Origin: a virus
Lineage: Duplodnaviria > Caudoviricetes
Length of the DNA stretch: 64,000 bases
Virus record (IMG/VR): IMGVR_UViG_3300037483_000348
Location: 1,943-65,942 of that record
Strand: one strand, 5' to 3'
Shown: in pieces, positions 28,697 to 37,329 of the stretch
Layout: each line of letters opens with the position of its first letter
Position numbering within the stretch: position 1 is the stretch's first letter
The notes under the pieces: model-generated
Database searches by the model: none
Told to the model about the DNA's origin: nothing
What the model saw: the letters and a program-made list of their open reading frames with translations, nothing else
Made by a program: the position numbers and the translations under genes

Positions 28697-29080
28697 TTGT
28701 TGGTGGCAAGCTTAAACGACATCTACGACCGCCTCGGACAGTTGACCGGAACCATCAAGGCCGTCGAGAGCCGGGTCACCGAGTTGCAGCGCGACATGGC
28801 CCATTCCGACGAAAAATCGGATGCGAGCCGGGCCAACGTCCATAGGCGTCTTGACGAGGTCGTGATGCGCACCACCAGCCTGGAAAATGACGTGATCGGC
28901 GTCAAGAACAAGGTCGAGCGCGTCGAAGGCGTAACTGACGAAATCAGGGCGCTGCGCCAACAGGCTCTGGGCGCCGGCACGCTGGGCGTGTGGCTGTGGA
29001 AGATCGGCGGCTGGGTGATTACGGCCGCCGCAGGCTTCATGGCCGCCTACACATGGCTGACGGGCCGCCCGCCGCCGTGA
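28697..29080 (+). CDS. Coiled-coil protein with C-terminal TM (DUF1515-like)
   Basis: DEKSDASRANVHRRLDE motif plus TM. Confidence 0.6.
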   Translation: MLVASLNDIYDRLGQLTGTIKAVESRVTELQRDMAHSDEKSDASRANVHRRLDEVVMRTTSLENDVIGVKNKVERVEGVTDEIRALRQQALGAGTLGVWLWKIGGWVITAAAGFMAAYTWLTGRPPP

Positions 29081-29110
29081 CCAGCCTGTATGTTCAAAGG
29101 GGAATTGCCG

Positions 29111-29422
29111 ATGTCATGGATCAACCGCTACAGCGCGGGCGCCACTGCGCTTGCCGTAACCATTGGCATATGGACTGCCTTTGGCTTTCCGGTTCCTGCC
29201 ACCAGCGCCGATATCAAACGCCTTGAAGCCCACCAGCTCGAGACGGCAATCCGCGTCTACGAGGACCAGGCCGACCGGCTAATCATCCGGCGCGAGCAAT
29301 GGCGGGCCGAAGGACTGCCGTCATTCAATCCCGCTGTTGTCGCGACCGATCGACAGCTCGACCGCGTGCAGGAGGATTTGCGCGAGGCAAGACGGCGCCG
29401 GATCGAACTCGGCAAGGACTGA
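29111..29422 (+). CDS. Membrane-anchored hypothetical protein
   Basis: N-terminal TM, helical remainder. Confidence 0.5.
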   Translation: MSWINRYSAGATALAVTIGIWTAFGFPVPATSADIKRLEAHQLETAIRVYEDQADRLIIRREQWRAEGLPSFNPAVVATDRQLDRVQEDLREARRRRIELGKD

Positions 29423-29467
29423 CATCTCCCGAAGGGCTTCTGTTCAATCAACAAGGAATTGGCCGAG

Positions 29468-29836
29468 ATGCGATCTCGACTGCTTTTCGTGCTGTGGCTG
29501 CTACTCGGCCTCGGCCTGGGTGCGCTCTGTGGCGTTGCGCTGATGGTGCAGCCGGTCAGGGCTCATGATGCAATTCCGACCGCCGCTAAGCCGAACGGCT
29601 GGTCATATCCGCTGGCGTGCTGCTCGGGCTATGATTGCCGGGAAGTGACTGGCGGGCCGGGCGGGCTGGTCCGCGAGCACGGCAACGGCTACGAGATCGC
29701 CACCACGGGCGAGGTCATTCCGCAGACCGACGCCAAGATCAAACTTTCACCGGACGGGCAGTTCCACTGGTGCTCCAAAGGCGGGCGCGACGATAGCGAC
29801 ACGATCTGCCTGTTCGTGCCGCCCCCCATGTTCTGA
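29468..29836 (+). CDS. Secreted Cys-rich small protein
   Basis: Signal peptide, HDA...WSYPLACCSGYDC...ICLFVPP pattern. Confidence 0.65.
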   Translation: MRSRLLFVLWLLLGLGLGALCGVALMVQPVRAHDAIPTAAKPNGWSYPLACCSGYDCREVTGGPGGLVREHGNGYEIATTGEVIPQTDAKIKLSPDGQFHWCSKGGRDDSDTICLFVPPPMF

Positions 29837-29860
29837 CCCCAACTTCATCAATGCAGTTCT

Positions 29861-29896
29861 CCCTCCTGGCCTTCGGGCCGGGAGGGCAGCTTTTTT
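29861..29896 (+). terminator. Terminator ending the late/lysis transcript
   Basis: 11-bp stem, TTCG loop, T6; convergent with tRNA array. Confidence 0.8.
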
Positions 29897-29903
29897 GCGT
29901 TTG

Positions 29904-29977
29904 TGGTTCCCGCTCGTGGATTCGAACCACGATCTGCGCCTTCAAAGGGCGTTATCCGACCGTTAGACGAAGCGGGA
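29904..29977 (-). tRNA. tRNA-Gln(TTG)
   Basis: Cloverleaf, loop CT-TTG-AA, encoded CCA, 74 nt. Confidence 0.88.
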
Positions 29978-29981
29978 AGAT

Positions 29982-30058
29982 TGGTGCCGCCCGCAGGACT
30001 CGAACCTGCACTTGAGCATGTTTTGAACATGCGGCCACTGCCGTTGGGCTAGAGCGGC
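29982..30058 (-). tRNA. tRNA-Leu(CAA), short variable region
   Basis: GCATG-TTCAAAA-CATGC arm, 6-nt variable region, A73, CCA. Confidence 0.85.
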
Positions 30059-30135
30059 TGGTACCCGTGGAGAGATTCGAACTCCCATCGCCTAGTTCCT
30101 AAGACTAGCGCCTCTACCAGTTGGGCTACACGGGC
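30059..30135 (-). tRNA. tRNA-Leu(TAG), short variable region
   Basis: CTAGT-CTTAGGA-ACTAG arm, 5-nt variable region, A73, CCA. Confidence 0.87.
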
Positions 30136-30147
30136 ACGGAAGGAAGG

Positions 30148-30224
30148 TGGAGCTGACGGGGCGGACTCGAACCCCCAACCTGCCGCTTACAAGGCGGCTG
30201 CTCTACCGATTGAGCTACGCCAGC
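30148..30224 (-). tRNA. tRNA-Thr(TGT) with bulged T-stem
   Basis: GCCGC-CTTGTAA-GCGGC arm, CCA; T-stem 3' strand CCGCCC has an extra G. Confidence 0.82.
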
Positions 30225-30265
30225 GAATTGCTAGCGTGTCGTTCGCAAGAGTCGTTGTAAGGGAA

Positions 30266-30344
30266 TGGTCAGGGCGGCTGGATTCGAACCAGCGATCTCC
30301 GCGTTCCAAGCGCGGCAGGGACGGCCAAGCTCCCCCACGCCCTG
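30266..30344 (-). tRNA. tRNA-Pro(TGG)
   Basis: CCGCG-CTTGGAA-CGCGG arm, C1-G72, A73, CCA. Confidence 0.9.
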
Positions 30345-30648
30345 AATAGGGCTAGGTCGCGGTCGGTCGATATGCGCTTCGCGGTTCATGGGCGCGCTTC
30401 TAACGCAGGAGGCAGATGTTCGCAAGAGAGCGGCTTTTTTGCGTTTCGGGCAATGAAAAGGCGGCCGACCGACATTCTACCCAACGCCGATGGCCGCCTC
30501 TCTGGTGATCCCTACGGGACATGGCTTTTCTACGCCAGAAGCGATTGCATGTGAAGCCGTGAGCGAGCGGATGCTGTGCATAGACGGCGGCTCGGCTCAG
30601 GAGCCGGGTCAGGACGCGCGTTCTTGCCTTCCGGGGCTAATTATATAC

Positions 30649-30676
30649 TTGACACCACAAACGCAGGATGTAGTAT
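30649..30676 (+). promoter_or_regulatory. Transposase promoter within left IR
   Basis: TTGACA-N16-TAGTAT. Confidence 0.6.
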
Positions 30677-30700
30677 GGGTTGCAGAAGGGAACTGCAGCC

Positions 30701-31645
30701 ATGTTTTCAGCACCGCACTTTCACAATGACGACGCCGCCCGTAAGACGCTGGAGGAAATCCGCTGGCCGAATGGGCGCAATTGCCCGCACTGCGGAACGG
30801 TTGATCGGTCCTATCAGACTAAGCGCGCGCAGAAGTCAGGCGCGGTTGTCTATCGCTGCGGTGAGCCCTCTTGCCGGAAGGATTTCAGCGTCACGACCAA
30901 GAGCGTGATGGAGTCGTCACATATCCCGCTGCACAAGTGGATGCAGGGCTTCTATCTCATGGCGTCGTCAAAGAAGGGCATGTCAGCCCACCAGATGCAC
31001 CGGACACTCGGCATTACCTACAAAGCGGCATGGTTCATGGCGCATCGCATCCGCGAAGCCATGCGCGCCGATGGCACGTTCGGGCCGCTTGGTGGCGAGG
31101 GAAAGACGGTTGAGGCCGACGAGACCTATTACGGCTATCGCGACGATAAGAAGCTCGGCAAGCGCACCATTCGCGGCAAGCGCGGACATGGTGGCCAGCG
31201 CCCGATTATCGCACTGGTCGAGCGTGGCGGTTCTGTGCGGACCTTCTATGCCGCCGTTGCCGACAAGGCGAACGTCACCAAGATCGTGACAGAAAACGTT
31301 GCCCGCGAAAGCTATCTCTACACCGACGAAAGCCGCCTCTATGGCGATGCCGACCAGCTTTTCGCGGAGCATTCAACGGTGAAGCACACCGCCGGCGAAT
31401 ACGCCCGCTATGAAGGCGACCGGGTAATCCACACCAACACGGTCGAGAACGTGTTCAGCGTGTTCAAGCGTGGCATGAAGGGTGTCTATCAGCACTGTGC
31501 AGAGAAGCACCTTCACCGGTATTTGGCGGAGTTTGATTTCCGCTACAATCACCGTTCGGCGCTAGGCGTCGAGGATAAGGCGCGTACCGTTGCCGCCATC
31601 CGCGGCGCGGAAGGCAAGCGCCTCACCTATCACCAAGCTGACTAA
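30701..31645 (+). CDS. IS1595-family transposase
   Basis: N-terminal CPHC zinc ribbon; VEADETY, YTDES, TNTVENVFS catalytic motifs. Confidence 0.95.
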   Translation: MFSAPHFHNDDAARKTLEEIRWPNGRNCPHCGTVDRSYQTKRAQKSGAVVYRCGEPSCRKDFSVTTKSVMESSHIPLHKWMQGFYLMASSKKGMSAHQMHRTLGITYKAAWFMAHRIREAMRADGTFGPLGGEGKTVEADETYYGYRDDKKLGKRTIRGKRGHGGQRPIIALVERGGSVRTFYAAVADKANVTKIVTENVARESYLYTDESRLYGDADQLFAEHSTVKHTAGEYARYEGDRVIHTNTVENVFSVFKRGMKGVYQHCAEKHLHRYLAEFDFRYNHRSALGVEDKARTVAAIRGAEGKRLTYHQAD

Positions 31646-31875
31646 GCCGGTTTTCCACCACCGCGCCGCCCGCTTTTTGCGCTGGCGGAAGAAGCATCCG
31701 AAGAAGTAGCGGCTTTCTTGCCGCGCTTCTTCTGTTGCGCGGGCACGCCTATCGGTGACATGCTCTTGAGCGGCGCGGGAGGAGTGTTCACGGCCGACTT
31801 TAACAGCCTGCGAAAGCGGACTTCGGCTTCGTTGTCGCCGTAGCGGTCTTTGTCTGGAATGTCATTTTGACCCAT
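31642..31875 (-). CDS. Small IS1595-associated hypothetical protein
   Basis: EAEVRFRRLLKSAVNTPP pattern; convergent with transposase. Confidence 0.55.
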   Translation of the reverse strand: MGQNDIPDKDRYGDNEAEVRFRRLLKSAVNTPPAPLKSMSPIGVPAQQKKRGKKAATSSDASSASAKSGRRGGGKPA

Positions 31876-31877
31876 AA

Positions 31878-32765
31878 ATGAAAACCTCGAGAATTCTGAT
31901 TAATCAAAACGGTGTGGATTACCGTTTCCTTCGGTTTGAGCGGTCATCTGACGGCTCAATTATGGTGATAGTCGATCGCGATTCCAGCCCGGGGATAGAC
32001 GTAAGAAGAAGTTTTTCGGACGGGAGATTTCTTCCGACGAGCAACCCTGACGGTAAGCGAGAGCCGCATGCGCGCTGGACGGTTCACACATCGGGAATCG
32101 TAAACTATCGGCAAGCAAGCGAATCTCCAAGGACCCAGAGAATCCAGCCGCTATACGAGCTAACACAGAATTGGCTCATAGGATGGGTTTCGATTCCGGC
32201 AGTTAGCCGCCTGACACCCTTGGACCATTCAAGGACGCACCTTGTTCAGGGGACAATAGATGTTCCTCACAATTTCAACGAGCGCATCACGTTAGGAATT
32301 CTGGTTTGCCCCAGCCCTCCCGTATCGGAGATCAGCGAATATTGGCTCGCACTCAATTTCGAAACCTATTCAATTGTCGTTACGCCGGTGCCACTTCCAT
32401 TCGATATCGGCCCCGATATTTCGGAACACTTCATCTACTGCTCTGTGGCGCCTCAAACCGATAGCTTTCCAGGTGTCGGGGTTGCGGAAGCGGAACTCAA
32501 ATTCTACCAAAAAGTCCACGGTCACGGCGTGAAGGTTTTCCATCAGGAAGACGGTTCCTATGTTGTTCTAGCCCCGCGCGAAATGGTTAAGCCGCCGACA
32601 CTCAAGGTAGGCTTCGACAGGGACGATTTGCGAATCGAACTAATCCACTCGCAGAAATCTCTGCGTCATAAGGTTCGGTTTTGGATTTGTGACAAAGGCG
32701 GTCGAAACAAGACCGACGATCTTCACAAACATATTGTTTCAATGGAGTTCGATAGCAGGCTCTGA
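31878..32765 (+). CDS. IS passenger, unknown 295-aa protein
   Basis: Long low-GC ORF inside IS ends; no motif recognised. Confidence 0.7.
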   Translation: MKTSRILINQNGVDYRFLRFERSSDGSIMVIVDRDSSPGIDVRRSFSDGRFLPTSNPDGKREPHARWTVHTSGIVNYRQASESPRTQRIQPLYELTQNWLIGWVSIPAVSRLTPLDHSRTHLVQGTIDVPHNFNERITLGILVCPSPPVSEISEYWLALNFETYSIVVTPVPLPFDIGPDISEHFIYCSVAPQTDSFPGVGVAEAELKFYQKVHGHGVKVFHQEDGSYVVLAPREMVKPPTLKVGFDRDDLRIELIHSQKSLRHKVRFWICDKGGRNKTDDLHKHIVSMEFDSRL

Positions 32766-32966
32766 CGGGAGTTCGGGAACCGGGCCCCACCAACGCAGGT
32801 CATCGCATGCGTCTCCGTTTTCCTCATCGAAGAAGCCCCGCTCATCGCCCCACACCAATCGCGGATATCCTAGATCATTCAAGCCAACGAAGATGCGGCC
32901 ATCGCGTGGTGCCGTCGCAATAGGGCTCGCAAACTTCTCACAATCTCTGTCGGGCGCGCCAGACAT
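32739..32966 (-). CDS. Small hypothetical protein (DUF551-like)
   Basis: PIATAPRDG motif. Confidence 0.4.
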   Translation of the reverse strand: MSGAPDRDCEKFASPIATAPRDGRIFVGLNDLGYPRLVWGDERGFFDEENGDACDDLRWWGPVPELPSEPAIELH

Positions 32967-33086
32967 GGGGATTCCTCCAGTGTCAGACGCAACACTAGCA
33001 CTTGTGCTTGTGGTGTGAAAGACATAAATAGGCTTCCGGGGTATTGGGAGAGGGCGGAGGTGAGAATCGCGCTCAGCGGGGCTGTA

Positions 33087-33263
33087 TCAGGACGAGATGT
33101 TGTAGAATGAACGGATGCCAAGGCCACTGTATGGAAATGGCGTGGCGGTGTCGTTCCGCAGTTGGCGATCGTAGCTAGATTCCAATGCCACTTCGCCGAA
33201 GGCCTTCTTTTCCATGAGCGCGAGATGCAGCTTCATGATCTCCTGCATCTTCGCCCACAATTC
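33087..33263 (-). pseudogene. 3' part of a 79-aa phage gene split by IS element 2
   Basis: Joins in frame with 37482-37552 once the IS and one TSD are removed. Confidence 0.75.
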
Positions 33264-33335
33264 CGGTATTAGGTAGCAGTCTCACCTACAAGGTAATAGT
33301 GTCCCCCTTACGCTTGAGGCGTGAGGGGAAAGATA

Positions 33336-34190
33336 ATGCCGCTAGCTGCGCATTATTTAGCACTAAAGCAGATAGCATCGGCCGATCTAACAGACGCGCT
33401 GGTTCGACCCGCACTTGAATCGGTAATTGTCGAGTCACTCGATGTCATCAACGGAGCGCAGGCTATTGATCTCGTTTCGAAGGTGGCGGGCAAATCGTAC
33501 GAGATGCGCCACTTCGGGAACAGGTTCTCTCGCCCGATCAACAAGGCGCTGTTTTGGCCGAATGTCGACCGACAAGCAATGTTGACGGCTTTGTTTGACG
33601 CTCCAGAGGCCGCTGATCCGGCAACATTGGACCGATATCTCTACACAGCAGCTATGTCGTACCCTGCGGCAAACGATCTAGAAAAATCCGACGACAAGAA
33701 AACACCTGGGACATTCTTTGAGATTCTCATCGGGTTCCTTTTTGCGGCCCGCTACGGCGTGAATCCTAGAAAGAGCATCACGGTCCCGACACTGGAGATC
33801 GAAAACAAAATTCCGACCGACTACATTTTCGAGCTTTCGGGCAATCGGCGGATACATCTACCGGTTAAGCTTTCGACGCGCGAGCGGGTCGTCCAAGTGT
33901 GGGCGCACCAGCGGGTGCTGGACGGTATGCACGGCGTAGGCCGATTCCGGGGAATTCTGGTTTGTCTTACTGAGACGAACAAGCAACAGAACACGTCAGT
34001 GGTCGAGGTATGCCTGCCCGGCCAATGGGCCGCATACCAGATGTACATTGCTCAGCTCGATAGGGTCTATTACCTAGACCCACCTAACAAATATCTCGCA
34101 CTCCGAGACACGTGGCCGCATATCCAAGTGTGGCCGCTATCTCGTTTCTTTCAGGAAGCGGATGCCGTAACGCAGCCGGTCAACGCCTGA
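33336..34190 (+). CDS. Putative type II restriction endonuclease, PD-(D/E)xK fold
   Basis: PGTFFE...PTD...PVKLSTRER matches the E...PD...KxSxRER layout of EcoRII/Cfr10I-type enzymes; next to MTase. Confidence 0.65.
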   Translation: MPLAAHYLALKQIASADLTDALVRPALESVIVESLDVINGAQAIDLVSKVAGKSYEMRHFGNRFSRPINKALFWPNVDRQAMLTALFDAPEAADPATLDRYLYTAAMSYPAANDLEKSDDKKTPGTFFEILIGFLFAARYGVNPRKSITVPTLEIENKIPTDYIFELSGNRRIHLPVKLSTRERVVQVWAHQRVLDGMHGVGRFRGILVCLTETNKQQNTSVVEVCLPGQWAAYQMYIAQLDRVYYLDPPNKYLALRDTWPHIQVWPLSRFFQEADAVTQPVNA

Positions 34191-34911
34191 GCCCCTTCCA
34201 CCTCTGGCTAGGCTTGGCCTTCCAAAAGACCAGAAAATACGAATGGTTCTTCCGCGCATGCGCTTGAGTGATTAGTCGGCTGACACCCGGCTTGTTGCGG
34301 CGCATCACCACAAACAGATCTTCGGTTACGAAGCCCTTGGATTCGTATTCGTTGATGATTTCCACATGGGTAAGCCGTTGACGATTGGCGCAAACCTCAT
34401 CCTGGCACTTCACGATAAAGAAGCCGTTCCTGCGGAGGACTCTCATCGCCTCGTCTGCCGTCTGGAAATAGAGGTCTAGGACGGCTTCGTGATACTTCTT
34501 TGTCGGATGGCTAGCCCCGTTGTTCCGATAATACCCCTCGTAATTCTGGTGGCCAACGTGGGCGCTCCCGCCCGGCGTGTGCATGTAGGGCGGATCGAAA
34601 ACGATACAATCTATCGACTCATCTTCGTAGGGCAGTTGTCGGCAGTCGACACCATCTGTCAGGTCGGTCGCAAGCAGCTGATAGGCGCTTGGGTCGACGT
34701 TCTTCCAGAAGACGCCCTTGCCATAAGTAATATCAGCGATAGTGCTCCCCCGTGGCACGTAAAGCGATAGGATATTCGGAAGCACAAGGTCATTGGTCTC
34801 CTGATAAGCGCTGAAAACCAGATCGTTGGTCGCTTCGCCTTGTGGCGACTTGCGGCCTGGCTTTCTTTCAACCTCAGGCGTGATGGCGGAATAATGTTCT
34901 ACAAATGACAC
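34180..34911 (-). CDS. Amino-DNA methyltransferase (m6A or m4C)
   Basis: [11 protein letters not shown] (motif I-like) then VFDPPY (motif IV); GTG at 34911 abuts upstream stop (alternative start 34947). Confidence 0.85.
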   Translation of the reverse strand: MSFVEHYSAITPEVERKPGRKSPQGEATNDLVFSAYQETNDLVLPNILSLYVPRGSTIADITYGKGVFWKNVDPSAYQLLATDLTDGVDCRQLPYEDESIDCIVFDPPYMHTPGGSAHVGHQNYEGYYRNNGASHPTKKYHEAVLDLYFQTADEAMRVLRRNGFFIVKCQDEVCANRQRLTHVEIINEYESKGFVTEDLFVVMRRNKPGVSRLITQAHARKNHSYFLVFWKAKPSQRWKGLRR

Positions 34912-34912
34912 T

Positions 34913-35146
34913 TTAATCGTCCTCCAAATGGATTGCTTTTGCTCCAATCGCCTTCAGGCATTGGACGAGAAAGACGGCTGAGAACGCACCTCTCCCAATT
35001 TTGTTGGAGATGTTCCGGCGGTCTTCATGAATGCCCATATCTCCCAATTTGTCGGCCAGGTCGGCGTAGCTAAGATTCCGCCGACTTAGCTCGCTCTTAA
35101 GGAGTCCCTTAACCTCAGATTGCCAGTCGCGCGACGTTCGCGTCAT
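34913..35146 (-). CDS. DUF6471-like HTH regulator
   Basis: [19 protein letters not shown]...[20 protein letters not shown]. Confidence 0.8.
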   Translation of the reverse strand: MTRTSRDWQSEVKGLLKSELSRRNLSYADLADKLGDMGIHEDRRNISNKIGRGAFSAVFLVQCLKAIGAKAIHLEDD

Positions 35147-35197
35147 AGGGAGTCATCCGATTCAATGTCAGAGTCATCATAAACGATGTTTTTCTCA

Positions 35198-35242
35198 TTG
35201 ACAACAAGATTGGAAACACCATATATGATGTCATCGACATCA
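35198..35242 (+). promoter_or_regulatory. Transposase promoter with palindromic operator TGATGTC-ATC-GACATCA
   Basis: TTGACA at 35198; ATATATGAT 17 nt later; palindrome 35226-35242. Confidence 0.55.
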
Positions 35243-35256
35243 AAAACGGTGTTTCT

Positions 35257-36225
35257 GTGGCTCAACATTTCCTCCTCTCCGCTGCTGCCCGGTCGCTTTC
35301 GCTGACCGCCGTTGCGCGCATGTCAGAAGAGGAGGCGCGCGATACCTTTCGCCGCATTCGTTGGGCCGACAACGATGGCGAACCCTACTGCCCTCGTTGC
35401 GGTTGCGTGACCGTATCTGCGCTGGCAACGCGCCCCGTTTGGAAATGCAGCGGATGCAAGTACCAGTTTAGCGTCACCGCCGGCACGATCTTTGACAATC
35501 GCAAACGCCCCGTCCGCGATTACCTCTTGGCGATCGCGATCTTTGTGAACGGTGCCAAGGGGTACAGCGCCCTTCAATTGTCCCGTGATCTCGACTGCCA
35601 GTACAAGACAGCATTTGTGCTGGTCCACAAACTTCGCGAAGCCATCACAGCAGAGCAGCGGGACGTGAAACTGTCCGGCACCGTGGAAATCGACGGCGCG
35701 TACTTTGCGGGCTATCGCAAGCCCGAAAACAAGGCTTCCGAGCGGGTCGACCGGCGGCTAGCGGAAGAACGTACAGGCAAGCGCCGTGTCGTGATTGTGT
35801 TGCGTGAGCGCGGAGGGCGCACTCTTCCCTTTGTCACCCGCAAGGAAAGCGAAGGCACTGCGATCGCGCGCCAGCGGGTTGCGATGGGCAGCACGATCCA
35901 TGCCGATGAGGCTACAGCTTGGGACACCCTGTACGCGCACTACGAAATGAAGCGCGTTAATCACTCTGTCGAGTACAAATCGGATGACGGCGCGTGTACC
36001 AACCAAGCGGAATCATTTTTTGCCCGCCTACGCCGTTGTGAGATCGGCATTCACCACCGCATCGGATCGCGATTGCTTCGCAGCTACGCCTCGGAAATGG
36101 CGTGGCGCGAGGATCGGCGCCGGGTCAGCAACGGCGGTCAGTTCCGCGAACTGACAAGCCTCGCGCTAGCGCATCCGGTCAGCCGCGAGTGGTGCGGGTA
36201 CTGGCAGCGCAATAAGGCAGCATAG
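35257..36225 (+). CDS. IS1595-family transposase
   Basis: CPRCGC...CSGC zinc ribbon; VEIDGAYF, IHADEA, TNQAESFF motifs. Confidence 0.95.
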   Translation: MAQHFLLSAAARSLSLTAVARMSEEEARDTFRRIRWADNDGEPYCPRCGCVTVSALATRPVWKCSGCKYQFSVTAGTIFDNRKRPVRDYLLAIAIFVNGAKGYSALQLSRDLDCQYKTAFVLVHKLREAITAEQRDVKLSGTVEIDGAYFAGYRKPENKASERVDRRLAEERTGKRRVVIVLRERGGRTLPFVTRKESEGTAIARQRVAMGSTIHADEATAWDTLYAHYEMKRVNHSVEYKSDDGACTNQAESFFARLRRCEIGIHHRIGSRLLRSYASEMAWREDRRRVSNGGQFRELTSLALAHPVSREWCGYWQRNKAA

Positions 36226-36236
36226 GAGATCATTGC

Positions 36237-36671
36237 ATGGGCGAATCGCACGTTATGACCGGCCTTGTGGCCAAGCGCGCCGAATTGGCCGGGAAACTGG
36301 AGCACCATCAATCGATGGTTCGGCAGCTCATTATGGAAATCGATGCCCTCGATCAGACGTTACGGCTTTTCAATCCAGACATCGAACTTGATGAGATCAA
36401 GCCAAAGCCGCTGCCGCCTCGCCACGCCGCCTACAAAGGCGAAGTCGCTCGCATCGTTCTGTCGACGCTGCGCAACGCTAGTAGGCCATGCAGCACTCAC
36501 GAACTTACCATGCACGTCATGGCGGAACGCGGCATGAATACCGCAGACAAGCGGCTTGTCAAAACCGTCGGAAAGCGGGTTGGCGCTTGCCTGCGACACC
36601 ATCGGTCGAAGGGATTGTTACGGTCCAACCAGGGTCTCGGGAAACTTATCTATTGGGAGGTCGCGCGCTAG
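36237..36671 (+). CDS. IS passenger: coiled coil plus winged-helix-like domain
   Basis: GLVAKRAELAG...LDQTLRLFNPD pattern. Confidence 0.7.
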   Translation: MGESHVMTGLVAKRAELAGKLEHHQSMVRQLIMEIDALDQTLRLFNPDIELDEIKPKPLPPRHAAYKGEVARIVLSTLRNASRPCSTHELTMHVMAERGMNTADKRLVKTVGKRVGACLRHHRSKGLLRSNQGLGKLIYWEVAR

Positions 36672-36910
36672 TCCCGGTCAAAATCGCGACTGTGGTAGCC
36701 CTCCCTAAACATAGCGTCCAGTTCGCGGATTAGAATGTAGCGCGCCGCGTCGTTCGGGGAGTTGCCGAGCCGCTTTTTGTCAACAACGAGATGCTTCAAG
36801 TACGCGAAGTGGTCAGTAGGAAGCTTAAACGACACCGACTCCGCATCGCTTCGGCCGGGTGGTCGACCCCTCTTCCGTTTGCCAGGCGCTACCCGATCTG
36901 CCATACGCAC
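36668..36910 (-). CDS. Small AT-hook / ribbon-helix-helix-like protein
   Basis: KRGRPPGRS then VSFKLP...NDAARYILIREL. Confidence 0.55.
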   Translation of the reverse strand: MRMADRVAPGKRKRGRPPGRSDAESVSFKLPTDHFAYLKHLVVDKKRLGNSPNDAARYILIRELDAMFREGYHSRDFDRD

Positions 36911-37048
36911 ACTGATTTTCTTGCATTAAAAAACTGATTTATTATTCCTCTTAATTGTTGCTCTGGCGAGTCCTGATGCGCTATTTTCTTAGAGCGGTGA
37001 TTCGAATTCGTGGACTCTCTCGAAGTTTAATGTGCAGGATAGCGCCGC

Positions 37049-37079
37049 AAAGGAAACGGGCGGCCCAAAAGACCGCCCG
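37049..37079 (-). terminator. Terminator of micropeptide unit
   Basis: CGGGCGGTC-TTTTG-GGCCGCCCG then TTTCCTTT on minus strand. Confidence 0.7.
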
Positions 37080-37099
37080 CCCCAGCCTCTAGACAGGCA

Positions 37100-37243
37100 T
37101 TAGCCGGTCGTCACGGTCGTCACGGTCGGACGTGGCGGCCGGCGGAAGTGCGAGACGATGGTTTCCCACTTCCCATGCCTTAATCGGAGATACGTCCGCA
37201 CGTAGACGGTCTTTTCCCCGATCAGTTCAGCAACGTGACGCAT
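37100..37243 (-). CDS. 47-aa Arg-rich micropeptide
   Basis: GGAG RBS; VYVRTYLRLRHGKWETIVSHFRRPP; own promoter and terminator. Confidence 0.55.
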   Translation of the reverse strand: MRHVAELIGEKTVYVRTYLRLRHGKWETIVSHFRRPPRPTVTTVTTG

Positions 37244-37266
37244 AATGCGTTCTCCGTACTGAGAGC

Positions 37267-37329
37267 GGCAGCCTGGGGCATGCCTCCCCTCGGGGCACCC
37301 CATGTGCCCCGCCTGGCATCAGGGCTACC
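37267..37329 (-). ncRNA. Long structured 5' leader hairpin
   Basis: Nested stems GGTAGCC/GGCTGCC, ATGCC/GGCAT, CGGGGCAC/GTGCCCCG. Confidence 0.45.

Larger units (their letters stand above)
30636..33032 (+). mobile_element. IS1595-family element 1 (ISNwi1-like ends) with passenger genes, 2397 bp
   Basis: Imperfect IRs GCTAATTATATACTTGACACCACAA / rc CCTATTTATGTCTTTCACACCACAA; direct repeat CTTCCGGG at 30628-30635 and 33033-33040. Confidence 0.85.

Noticed and set aside
30059-30135. TAG anticodon as an amber suppressor
   Set aside because: Anticodon TAG reads CUA (Leu); an amber suppressor would need anticodon CTA
30241-30428. 11-mer GTTCGCAAGAG repeated at 30241 and 30418; possible sixth tRNA in the Pro-Thr spacer
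   Set aside because: The spacer is only 41 nt and no cloverleaf can be built; two copies are too few to interpret
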